Shown piece by piece: positions 36,747 to 45,249 of a DNA stretch of 64,000 nt. A program made the position numbers and the translations under genes. This stretch comes from a bacterium (GTDB lineage Bacteria; Zhuqueibacterota; Zhuqueibacteria; Zhuqueibacterales; Zhuqueibacteraceae), in contig JBIOXB010000036.1 in the NCBI GenBank assembly GCA_044869275.1, forward strand, positions 1 through 64,000. The letters run 5' to 3'. The notes under the pieces were generated by a model. The model saw only the letters and a list, made by a program, of their open reading frames with translations, did no database searches and was not told where the DNA came from. Within the stretch, counting starts at the first letter, position 1; each line of letters opens with the position of its first letter.

Positions 36747-37139
36747 TTATCTCAGCCCGGAAAAGGCTTCACTATAGGCTTTGCCAACGATGAAGAGAAG
36801 AACTGTAGTGCCGAGAATCAGCACGAACACTGCGATTTCCTTTTCCTGGCTGGCTAAAACGCGAATCATTCTGATTTCGTATGCCGGCAATCGCAGCGGC
36901 ATTTGCTGGTTTCTTTTACGATAAAGCACGACCGTGTCCACGGTTGCCTCGTGAAAATATCCTATTGCCATGCGGTCGTCTTGATAATGCACTTCTACGC
37001 GCTTGCCGCGCAAATTTTGCTGCAACCGCTCATCGCCTTGCATTTGCGTGAGCGTGTAAACCGGACTGGCGCAACTGGAGAAGGCGAAGGCCGCAACCAA
37101 CAACAGAATGCCGGCGGGTTTAAAACGAGGTACGTCCAT
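36747..37139 (-). CDS. Hypothetical lipoprotein with C-terminal TM helix
   Basis: Lipobox FSSC, short beta-rich core, C-terminal hydrophobic segment. Confidence 0.65.
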   Translation of the reverse strand: MDVPRFKPAGILLLVAAFAFSSCASPVYTLTQMQGDERLQQNLRGKRVEVHYQDDRMAIGYFHEATVDTVVLYRKRNQQMPLRLPAYEIRMIRVLASQEKEIAVFVLILGTTVLLFIVGKAYSEAFSGLR

Positions 37140-37516
37140 TTTTTTGATCAAGAGGCTCAGCGTGATTTGAAGAGATTGCAGCAGAATGATAAATGCAGAA
37201 GACAAGCGCCGTGCAACTGATGCAGGTCTGCCGCCGCCAGGAAGCCAGTACCAGGAAAATCGCCAACAAAATAAGCGGACGGCAATTTGCTAAAGGTTTC
37301 ATGACTCTCGTCGCCTTCCTGAAAATAGCAGCCTTTGATTGAAAAATCAAGCGTCCCCTGCAGCCAACACTCCCGCCATATTTCCGCCCACTTCTTTTCG
37401 CCATAAATCCGTTTTTAGAATCCCCTCGTATCGTCGGTGTGAATTGCAAGCAGACTCGTTCCCGGTATTCTCCAGAATCAAAAGAGTTTCGGCTTCGCAC
37501 TCAATATACCGCTGCA

Positions 37517-37612
37517 GCGCCACCATGGGCACTGGGAGGGAAAGAGGCAGACAAAGCCCGGCATGGACAATTCCCCATGCGCTTTGATTCGCCTCCGTGC
37601 CCGTGGTGGCGC
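37517..37612 (+). promoter_or_regulatory. Long structured 5' leader (candidate cis-regulatory RNA) of the DUF4331 gene
   Basis: Four stacked helices: 37517-32/37597-612, 37544-48/37591-95, 37552-57/37581-86, 37561-66/37575-80. Confidence 0.55.
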
Positions 37613-37658
37613 GGTGGCAGAACAAATCATTTTTATCAATTTTTTAAGGAGAGTGGTT

Positions 37659-39860
37659 ATGCGTAAACTGTTTTTGATCGGTGCTTTGGCGCTCGCCGCT
37701 TTGGGCCTGTTTTTGTCGATGCCCTCGCCGTACCTCGACGCTTCAAGCCATCGCGAAGCACCATTGATCAGCAACGACCCGCTGGCCGACAATACGGATC
37801 TGTACGCCTTCCGTTCGCCGGACCGGCCGGAATGGGTGACGATCGTGGCGTGCTACGTGCCTCTGGAACTGCCGGAGGGCGGCCCGAACTATTCCACCTT
37901 TGGCGAGGGCATACGCTACGAGATTCACGTCAAGAACCAACCCTCGGCCGCGGCGCTGGGCGCGGCGAAGGATGACATCACCTATCGTTTCACTTTCTCG
38001 CAGATGAATGAGGACCCGAACACCTTCTTCAATATCCGGCTGGGGCAAAATTTGAAAACCAACTATACCTGCGAGAAGAGCACCGACGGCGGCAATTCCT
38101 TCACCACCATCGTCGCCAACGGCATCGTGCCGCCGAATAATATCGGACCGCGTTCCACCACGTTCGCCGGCGGCGCCGGCGGCAATTACGAAGCGTTGGT
38201 AACGCCCGCCATTGCCACGGCTGCGACCGGTGAAGTCGTTTTTTGCGGCCCACGCGACGATCCATTCTTCGTTGACTTGGGCGGCGTGTTCGATTTGGGC
38301 GCTACGCGCAGCAATTACGGCAACAATCCCGGCGATCCCGGAAATGCCCGCGACGCCGTGGCCGGCTTCAATTGCCACGCCATTTGCCTGCAAATTCCCA
38401 TTGCTACGCTGCAAAGAAACGGCTACGGCCCGAATCAAGCCGAAGGCATACTCGACCCCACCTATGTCATCGGTGTATGGGCTTCGGCCAGCCGCCAGCA
38501 AGTGACGACGCTTTCTGCTGTCGGCGCGAAGCCGCAGCACAGCGGCCCGTGGGTGCAAGTGTCGCGGCTCGGCATGCCGCTTACCAACGAGGCGGTGATT
38601 CCGATCAAAGATAAGGATTATTGGAACGCGGTCACGCCGTACAGTCAGGATGAGCAATACTTCGTGCAGTATTTTGCGAACCTCGAGCTTTCACTTTACA
38701 TGCAAGATGGCAGCGACCCCGCGAATCCGACGGTGGGCTTGGGCGGTCTTGTCCCTTCGTTGGCGCCGTTGCGCGTGCAAAGCCGTTCTTATCCTGCGCT
38801 CGTTATTCCTGGTTATCCCACGCCGGGTTTGGATTTTCGTTATGGCAAGGACGGTGCGTTTGCGGTAACGAAAGTCATTTCCGATTTTACCGGAACTGCT
38901 TTCGCCGTGCCCACTCGTCCCGCGCAAACCGGCTTGCCGACGGCATTGGTCGGCGCCGGTGAGCCTCGCCGCGTTGATATTTTCCCGATCTTTTATTTCG
39001 GCGTGCCCAATGCCATTCCTTATCAACTGCTCACTTTGAAAACCGGCCCGCTGGATGCCGGCAAGCCGTTTATTCACAACTTCCTGCCCGTCACGCAAAC
39101 ACCGGACGGTGCTTTGTGGGGCGGCGATATGTTGCGTTTGAACATGGCAACGCCGACCACCGAGCGCAGCACCTCGGAGTTCACACAAAACGCTGCTCAA
39201 GGTTTGGTGCGCGCCGCAGTGTTGGGTTTGACCGCAACGCCTTATAACACCAGCAAGAATCTCGAATTCATTCCGCACATGGACGGTTTTCCGAACGGCC
39301 GCCGTCTCGAAGATGATGTGACGACGATTGAGCTGCAAGCCGTCGGCGGTTTGGTGCTCGCCGCAGTCGGTCTGCCATTCGACGACGCGGTTGCACCGGA
39401 TTATGCCGACGTGCTCTCGCCCAGTTTGGTGGCCGAACTGACGTATTCCGCCGGCCCGAGCAAAAACGATTTGCCGCTGTTGGCGGAGTTTCCGTATCTG
39501 GCCTCGCCGCATCGCGGTTATGATTACGTCAAGCAGCTCACCTCCGGCCCCAAAACCGGCGTGTCGGAGCGCGGCATGGGCATCGGCGTGCCGAAAGGAT
39601 TCCAGCTGCAACAGAATTATCCGAATCCCTTCAACCCCTCGACGGAAATCAAGTATGCCCTGGCGCGCAACGATCGCGTACGGTTGAGAATCTTCAACGA
39701 GCTCGGACAGGAAGTGGCAACGCTCGTGGATCAGCCGCAAACTGCGGGCACGCATACGGTGAAATGGAATGCCAGTAACGTGGCCAGCGGCACTTATTTT
39801 TACCGCCTGGAAGTTGGCGACGAAGTGATGCCGGCGAAAAAGGCCATTTTAATCAAGTAG
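37659..39860 (+). CDS. DUF4331 protein with C-terminal T9SS type-A sorting domain
   Basis: ASSHREAP, DNTDLYAFRSPD, GPRDDPFFVDLG, QVSRLGMPLTNE, GFPNGRRLEDDV; C-terminus LQQNYPNPFNPST...SGTYFYRL...KKAILIK; RBS AAGGAG. Confidence 0.92.
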   Translation: MRKLFLIGALALAALGLFLSMPSPYLDASSHREAPLISNDPLADNTDLYAFRSPDRPEWVTIVACYVPLELPEGGPNYSTFGEGIRYEIHVKNQPSAAALGAAKDDITYRFTFSQMNEDPNTFFNIRLGQNLKTNYTCEKSTDGGNSFTTIVANGIVPPNNIGPRSTTFAGGAGGNYEALVTPAIATAATGEVVFCGPRDDPFFVDLGGVFDLGATRSNYGNNPGDPGNARDAVAGFNCHAICLQIPIATLQRNGYGPNQAEGILDPTYVIGVWASASRQQVTTLSAVGAKPQHSGPWVQVSRLGMPLTNEAVIPIKDKDYWNAVTPYSQDEQYFVQYFANLELSLYMQDGSDPANPTVGLGGLVPSLAPLRVQSRSYPALVIPGYPTPGLDFRYGKDGAFAVTKVISDFTGTAFAVPTRPAQTGLPTALVGAGEPRRVDIFPIFYFGVPNAIPYQLLTLKTGPLDAGKPFIHNFLPVTQTPDGALWGGDMLRLNMATPTTERSTSEFTQNAAQGLVRAAVLGLTATPYNTSKNLEFIPHMDGFPNGRRLEDDVTTIELQAVGGLVLAAVGLPFDDAVAPDYADVLSPSLVAELTYSAGPSKNDLPLLAEFPYLASPHRGYDYVKQLTSGPKTGVSERGMGIGVPKGFQLQQNYPNPFNPSTEIKYALARNDRVRLRIFNELGQEVATLVDQPQTAGTHTVKWNASNVASGTYFYRLEVGDEVMPAKKAILIK

Positions 39861-39883
39861 TTCATCCCATTTCGAGATCATAC

Positions 39884-39918
39884 CAGCTCCGGCAATCTTT
39901 TGAAAATTGCCGGAGCTG
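39884..39918. terminator. Perfect 13-bp hairpin between the DUF4331 and TPR genes (attenuator or mRNA-stabilising)
   Basis: CAGCTCCGGCAAT-N9-ATTGCCGGAGCTG; no U tract on the plus strand. Confidence 0.55.
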
Positions 39919-39970
39919 AAAATGTCATGCCGGACATTATTCCCCAAGCACATGATACTCAGAGGCCAAT

Positions 39971-41314
39971 ATGCGCAAGAGTCGAAAGAATTTTTTGTTG
40001 ATCGCCGGTTTTGTCGTCGCCTGGCTGGGCGCTTATTTTTTGCTGCAGAAACCCGAGGCGGCGAAGCCAATTCCCGATCTGAGCAAACGCACGAACGCCG
40101 TGAGCCTGGGCGCGGAATATGCCAACGTGCAGAAGGCGGTCGAATTTTATCGTGGGGAAATTCGCAAAGACCCAGCAGTGGTGAAGAATTATGTGCTGCT
40201 GGCGCAACTCTTTATGCAGGAAGCGCGTGTGACCAGCCGCCATCATGAATACATTCCCAAGGCAAAGGAATTGCTTGTTGAAGCACTCAAACGCGACGGT
40301 AATGATTTCGAAGCCAACACCACCCAGGCTTCCTTGCTGATGACGCTGCATCAATTCGAGAAAGCCAAAATGCTCGCGGAAAAGGCAATTGCGCAAAGCC
40401 CATACAGTGCTTTTTCGCACGGCATTTTGGTGGATGCTCTGGTGGAGTTGGGCGACTACGAAGGCGCAGTAAAAACTTGCGACAAGATGCTCAGCCTGCG
40501 CCCGGATTTGCGCTCTTATGCGCGCGCGGCTTATTTACGCGAGTTGCACGGTGACGCGCGTGGCGCGCAACAAGTTATGAAGATGGCTTGCGACGCCGGC
40601 CTGGCCGGACAGGAGAATCGCGCCTGGGCACTCTGTCAACTTGGGAAATTGTTTTTCAATGCAGGCAAGCTCGATACCGCCAAATTTATCTATGAGGGGA
40701 TTTTACAGGAACGGCCGGGCTACGCTTATGCGCTGAGCGGTTTGGCGCAAATCCTGAGCAGCCGCGGTGACTATCACGGCGCCATTGACTTATTGAAACA
40801 GATTTACAGGGATACGCCGGATCATGCTTTTCTCGAGCAGCTGGTGGAGGTTTATACGGTGGCTGGACAAAAAGCAGAAGCGCAGAAAATGACGCAGCTC
40901 GTGTTGGCATCCTATGACCAGCATGAGCAGGAAGGCTGGGAGGTTGATTTGGAGTATGCGCGCTTTTGCGCGGACAATGATCTGAATCTCGCCGCAGCCT
41001 TGCAGCGCGCGGAACGCGAATATCATCGCCGCCCGAAAAATATTGAGGTGTTGGAAACCTATGCCTGGGCGCTTTACAAAAACGGCCAGCCGGGAAAAGC
41101 CGAGCCAATCTTGCAGCAAGCGCTGCGTTTAGAAACACAACGCGCCTCGCTGCATTATCGCGCCGGCATGATTGCCAAGGCTTTGCACGATACGCGCAAA
41201 GCGCAGGATTTTCTCGCGCGGGCATTGGCGCTCAATCCCAACTTCTCCTTTCGCGATGCGCAAACGGCACGTCTGGCGCTAGCGGATTTGCGTGCCAAAG
41301 GCAAAATGAGCTGA
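39971..41314 (+). CDS. Membrane-anchored TPR protein (usual DUF4331 partner)
   Basis: N-terminal TM; HQFEKA, DALVELGDY, RPDLRSYARAAYLRELHGD, YAWALYKNG. Confidence 0.88.
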   Translation: MRKSRKNFLLIAGFVVAWLGAYFLLQKPEAAKPIPDLSKRTNAVSLGAEYANVQKAVEFYRGEIRKDPAVVKNYVLLAQLFMQEARVTSRHHEYIPKAKELLVEALKRDGNDFEANTTQASLLMTLHQFEKAKMLAEKAIAQSPYSAFSHGILVDALVELGDYEGAVKTCDKMLSLRPDLRSYARAAYLRELHGDARGAQQVMKMACDAGLAGQENRAWALCQLGKLFFNAGKLDTAKFIYEGILQERPGYAYALSGLAQILSSRGDYHGAIDLLKQIYRDTPDHAFLEQLVEVYTVAGQKAEAQKMTQLVLASYDQHEQEGWEVDLEYARFCADNDLNLAAALQRAEREYHRRPKNIEVLETYAWALYKNGQPGKAEPILQQALRLETQRASLHYRAGMIAKALHDTRKAQDFLARALALNPNFSFRDAQTARLALADLRAKGKMS

Positions 41315-41531
41315 GGTTTTGCAGTCTCTGCTTGAATAACCGCGACGGGTTTTCGGTTCGCGCGGACGGTGGAGCGAAGGCATGATGCTTACAGTCGGGA
41401 GATTCCAGCGTTTGTCTTGATTCTTCTTTGTCCCATAAACCGAAGTGCCGAACGGCACTGGGCAACGTTCGGCACCTCGGTGGACTGTATGCTGCTTCCT
41501 ACGGCATATGCAGCATGAGAGTGGTTCGTGC

Positions 41532-42524
41532 TTACAAAACAAGGCTGCTGAAATCCGGCACGCGCCGCAGCTCGCGCTCGATCTCCTGATGAAATTGATG
41601 CCTGATTTCACGATCCGAAGGCGAGCGCATCTCGTCTGGCATGAAAATATCGAAGTCCTGCGGCGGGGCGTCGAGGTACACTTCGTTCCAATCGCTCGAG
41701 CCAAATGGATGCACGCGCATGCCCCCGCCTCCAGGCGTGAAAAAGCGATAGCCGGACTCGCTGGCTTGATCGATTTCCACGGTCGCGGTTTCACGCCGGC
41801 CTTGGCGCACATATTCGATCTTCACTTGATCGCCTTCCTCATAATCCTGCAAGCTTTCCATCAGATCTTCCGCACTGCGCACGGCTTCGCTGTCCACTTT
41901 GCCAATGACGTCGCCCGATTTCAACCCCGCTTTCGCCGCCGGGGAATCTTCGTTGACTTCCAGAACCAGCACGCCGCTTCCCGGCTCGACTTTGAAATAA
42001 GCGGCCAGATTCTCATCCAGCTCGTGCACCTGCACGCCCAGGCGCGGGCGGTTCCCCCAAATCATCATCCCTTTTCCTGGGCCGAAACCGTGGGAAAATC
42101 CCGTCGCATAACTCGGAGTGCGGCGCTTGGCGAGCATGACTTCTATCGTTTTGCGCTCACCATGACGCAGGACGAGTAATGTAACCTTCTTGTCCGCACC
42201 GGCGTTGCGAACCAAGCGCGAGAAATCTCCGGCCTGCTCGACTTTCGAGCCCTCGAATTGCATGATAACATCTTCTGTTTTGAGGCCGGCGTCATCCGCC
42301 GGGCTGTCTCGCACGACCTCGGTGATCAACAGGCCGGTTTCATTGCCGAGCTTCATTTTCTCGCGGAGGGAAGGCGTCAATTCTTGTACGCCCACACCCA
42401 GCCAGCCCTTCGCAGGTTTCTCGCTGGCGCGGCTGTCCTGAAACGCCCAAACCACCGTCATGCCGGCCGCCGCCGTGATCGCCAGACCGGCCGCCCAGCG
42501 CTGCAATGATCGTCGCGAAAACAT
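41532..42524 (-). CDS. Exported double-PDZ protein without a protease domain
   Basis: GWLGVGVQEL...DSPADDAGLKTEDVI and PRLGVQV...DSPAAKAGLKSGDVI; no GNSGG motif. Confidence 0.88.
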   Translation of the reverse strand: MFSRRSLQRWAAGLAITAAAGMTVVWAFQDSRASEKPAKGWLGVGVQELTPSLREKMKLGNETGLLITEVVRDSPADDAGLKTEDVIMQFEGSKVEQAGDFSRLVRNAGADKKVTLLVLRHGERKTIEVMLAKRRTPSYATGFSHGFGPGKGMMIWGNRPRLGVQVHELDENLAAYFKVEPGSGVLVLEVNEDSPAAKAGLKSGDVIGKVDSEAVRSAEDLMESLQDYEEGDQVKIEYVRQGRRETATVEIDQASESGYRFFTPGGGGMRVHPFGSSDWNEVYLDAPPQDFDIFMPDEMRSPSDREIRHQFHQEIERELRRVPDFSSLVL

Positions 42525-42586
42525 TTGCTGCCTCCAGAATTTTAATGCACCAACCTCGTTAAATTCTCGCTGCCGGCCGTTCAAAA

Positions 42587-42612
42587 AGACTTGGGCCGCC
42601 GGCAAAAAGTTT
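42587..42612 (-). promoter_or_regulatory. ECF (sigmaE-like) promoter for the PDZ gene
   Basis: AAACTT-N16-GTCT on the minus strand, about 60 nt upstream of ATG 42524. Confidence 0.55.
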
Positions 42613-42823
42613 TACGTTTTGCAGCGATTATTTCTTATATTCAGCTAAACAGATTGTCCCGGCTGCCGTCTATTCTGTTAGAACGAAAGGGCGTCGGTTC
42701 TAACCCGGCAAGAGCTTCAGTGAAATTGATTTCGTCACCGCAATGCCCCTTGGTTGCAGCGGAGGCCGGCTGGAGGTTGCAAGATCAACCAATGCGTATT
42801 GAGCACAAAGCGATCGCGAAAAC

Positions 42824-43453
42824 ATGAGAGTGGCTCTGAAATCTTCTGAAGCTGCGGTGACGCATCCGGCGCCAGCAGAGCGCGGCGAAGTGGAGTTGGT
42901 AGCGCGCGCCCAGCACGGCGAGGAGGCTGCGTTCGAGCAATTATACAAACGCTATTCCCGCGCGTTGTATTCGCTGGCGTATCAAATGCTCGGCACGCAT
43001 CAAGACGCCGATGAAGTCTTGCAGGAAACCTTCGTGCGCGTGTTCAAAAATCTATCGCGCTTGCGCAGCCCGGAAGCTTTCACCTCGTGGGTTTATCAGA
43101 TTACGGTTAATCTCTGCATGGATTACCGCAAAATGCGGGCGCGGGCGCGCTGGCAGCCGCTCGAAGATGAAAACCACGAAGGCGCTGCCTCGCATTTCGA
43201 ATTGGCCACGGCAAAATGGGTGCGCACGCCGCATCAAGTTCTGGAAAACAACGAGCTGCTGGGAAATATCACCGCGGCGATCGAAGCGCTGCCCGAGCAG
43301 CAGAAGGCCGTGGTGATCATGCACGAGATCGAGGGCATGTCTAAAAAGATGATCTCCAAAGTGCTGGAATGTTCGCTGGTCACCGTACGCACGAATTTGC
43401 ATCACGCACGCAAGAAGCTGCGCCGGAAATTGATGCTGTATTTGAAGGCTTGA
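42824..43453 (+). CDS. ECF RNA polymerase sigma factor
   Basis: AFEQLYKRY, DADEVLQETF, FTSWVYQITVNLCMD, LPEQQK...TVRTNLHHARKKLR. Confidence 0.95.
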   Translation: MRVALKSSEAAVTHPAPAERGEVELVARAQHGEEAAFEQLYKRYSRALYSLAYQMLGTHQDADEVLQETFVRVFKNLSRLRSPEAFTSWVYQITVNLCMDYRKMRARARWQPLEDENHEGAASHFELATAKWVRTPHQVLENNELLGNITAAIEALPEQQKAVVIMHEIEGMSKKMISKVLECSLVTVRTNLHHARKKLRRKLMLYLKA

Positions 43454-43461
43454 AAAAGCGA

Positions 43462-43500
43462 TCACGGCTTACGCCTTACGTGATCCGTAATACGTAAGCG
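43462..43500. repeat. Short heptamer tandem / inverted element
   Basis: tcacggc ttacgcc ttacgtg ... cgtaata cgtaagc. Confidence 0.55.
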
Positions 43501-43613
43501 CGCCGCGTTGGTCCGAGCGAGAACTGGAATTCTTCATTTTCATGCTTTGTGCAGTATGATTATCAAAACTTTCGCCCCAAGGGTTTCAATTTCGATGTTT
43601 GGGAGATTTGACC

Positions 43614-44165
43614 ATGTTATGTGAACACGCACGCGATTATTTGCTGGATTACATGGATAACGAGTTGCCGGCCGTGTTGCAGCAAGAACTGGCCGAGCAT
43701 CTGCGCGCGTGCGCAGAATGCCAGGAAGAAGCAGAGGCTTTGCGCAAGACTGGCCTGCTGCTGCAGCTCCGCGCCGTACCCGAGCCTGCCGCAGAATACT
43801 GGGAAAAGGCCTGGTCGGGAATTCGCAGCCGTACTGCGGCCACGGTTTTACCGCTTTCACCGCGCACCATTTTCCAAAATCCTTCATGGTTGGGCGCGTA
43901 CGCCACGGGCTGGCGCGCACGCCTCGCCATTGCCGCTTTGTTGATCGCGGGGATTGCCGGCGCTCTGCTGTCTTGGCGCTCGGCGCCGCAGCCATGGGCG
44001 GATCACCCTCTCCCCCCGCCGCTGGTGCAGCCGGCTGCCGGCGATTTGACGGCAGAAATGGAACGCCAGATGGAAATCCTCAACTACACGACCTCGGTCG
44101 CCGGCTCGCCGGATCCCATTTCCAAAAGCATGCGCTTTGCCAAGTTGGAGACGGCGCCCAGATGA
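43614..44165 (+). CDS. Zinc-binding (ZAS/zf-HC2) transmembrane anti-sigma factor
   Basis: CEHARDYLLDYMDNEL...HLRACAEC (HxxxCxxC), one TM helix; RBS GGAG. Confidence 0.88.
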   Translation: MLCEHARDYLLDYMDNELPAVLQQELAEHLRACAECQEEAEALRKTGLLLQLRAVPEPAAEYWEKAWSGIRSRTAATVLPLSPRTIFQNPSWLGAYATGWRARLAIAALLIAGIAGALLSWRSAPQPWADHPLPPPLVQPAAGDLTAEMERQMEILNYTTSVAGSPDPISKSMRFAKLETAPR

Positions 44166-45082
44166 AACGCGGCTTTCACATCTGGCGCGCGCTCACGTGG
44201 CCGCTGCTGATGTTCCTTCTCTCGGGCTGTCGCGAGAAGCTCTCTTCTTCCGGCCCGATTTTTTTTGAATTCAAGCAGCAACCAGGCGACAAATACGTTT
44301 ATAAGGTTTTCGACGAGGTGGTGCTGACCGTTCGCGATTCGACCGGAAAGATCTATGACACGGTGCAACACCTGCAGGAGCAGAAGTCGATCATGAAATT
44401 CACCAGCATCGATTCGAATGCGCTGCGCGACATTGATTTGACGTTCATCATCACCATGGACACTTTGATGAACGTGTCGGAAACCTCACGCTGGAAGAAG
44501 CGGAAATCGCCGCTCGGCGAAAAATACGAATTCCAATTGCGCATGCAGCCCAACGGAGGCATCGTCTCTGTTGCCAGCGCACGGCCGGGACTGACGTTGT
44601 TTTATGAAACCGCGTATCGCCCCAGCCAGCCTATTTTTCCCGCGACCGCGATTCCTTTGGGATATACCTGGTCGCAAAGCTTCAACGTCAACGTCCCCAA
44701 GGGCGAACCCGGCATGGTTGAAGCCGAATACAAATTCAGCGCGCTGGAAAAAGTCGGCGACTTCGATTGCGCCGTGATCGAATTCAAAAGTGAAGTGAAT
44801 TACGTCGAGCCTTTCAATCCCAAGGACAAGTGCGCCAATACGCCGGATTGCCGCGGCGAGTATCATTCGCAGACGGTGAGCCAGGGCAAGCTCTATTTCG
44901 CCTATCGGGAAGGCATCATGGTGAAAAAAGTCAATTTGCTCACGGCCAATGCCGAAGCCACGATCATGCAGAGCGGCGCCGCCAAAACGCTTTCCCGCAC
45001 GGAACAGCGTGATCAGGAAACGATCACATTGGTGGCGATCTATCGCAGCGGCGGGGAGAAGCTGGCATTTGACATTAAATAA
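44162..45082 (+). CDS. Beta-rich lipoprotein (DUF6263-like)
   Basis: Lipobox LSGC; FP...IPLGYTWSQ, CAVIEF, GKLYF...GIM; overlaps the anti-sigma stop. Confidence 0.65.
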   Translation: MKRGFHIWRALTWPLLMFLLSGCREKLSSSGPIFFEFKQQPGDKYVYKVFDEVVLTVRDSTGKIYDTVQHLQEQKSIMKFTSIDSNALRDIDLTFIITMDTLMNVSETSRWKKRKSPLGEKYEFQLRMQPNGGIVSVASARPGLTLFYETAYRPSQPIFPATAIPLGYTWSQSFNVNVPKGEPGMVEAEYKFSALEKVGDFDCAVIEFKSEVNYVEPFNPKDKCANTPDCRGEYHSQTVSQGKLYFAYREGIMVKKVNLLTANAEATIMQSGAAKTLSRTEQRDQETITLVAIYRSGGEKLAFDIK

Positions 45083-45249
45083 ATGTAATTTCTGCCGATC
45101 GGAATTCTATTGCGCGAATAGCCTCCACCGGCTATATTCGCGGTGAAACTGCTTTTCCGGGAGAGCGCGGTATATGTCCGCTGGCTGGCAATTTACCTTT
45201 CGCCCACGCTTGACGACTGGTTGCGAAGTTTATTTGCGAGGCGCGGTCC

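Noticed and set aside
43709..44161. N-terminal extension of the 457-aa ORF 43709-45082
   Set aside because: Overlaps the anti-sigma gene; a signal peptide and lipobox follow ATG 44162
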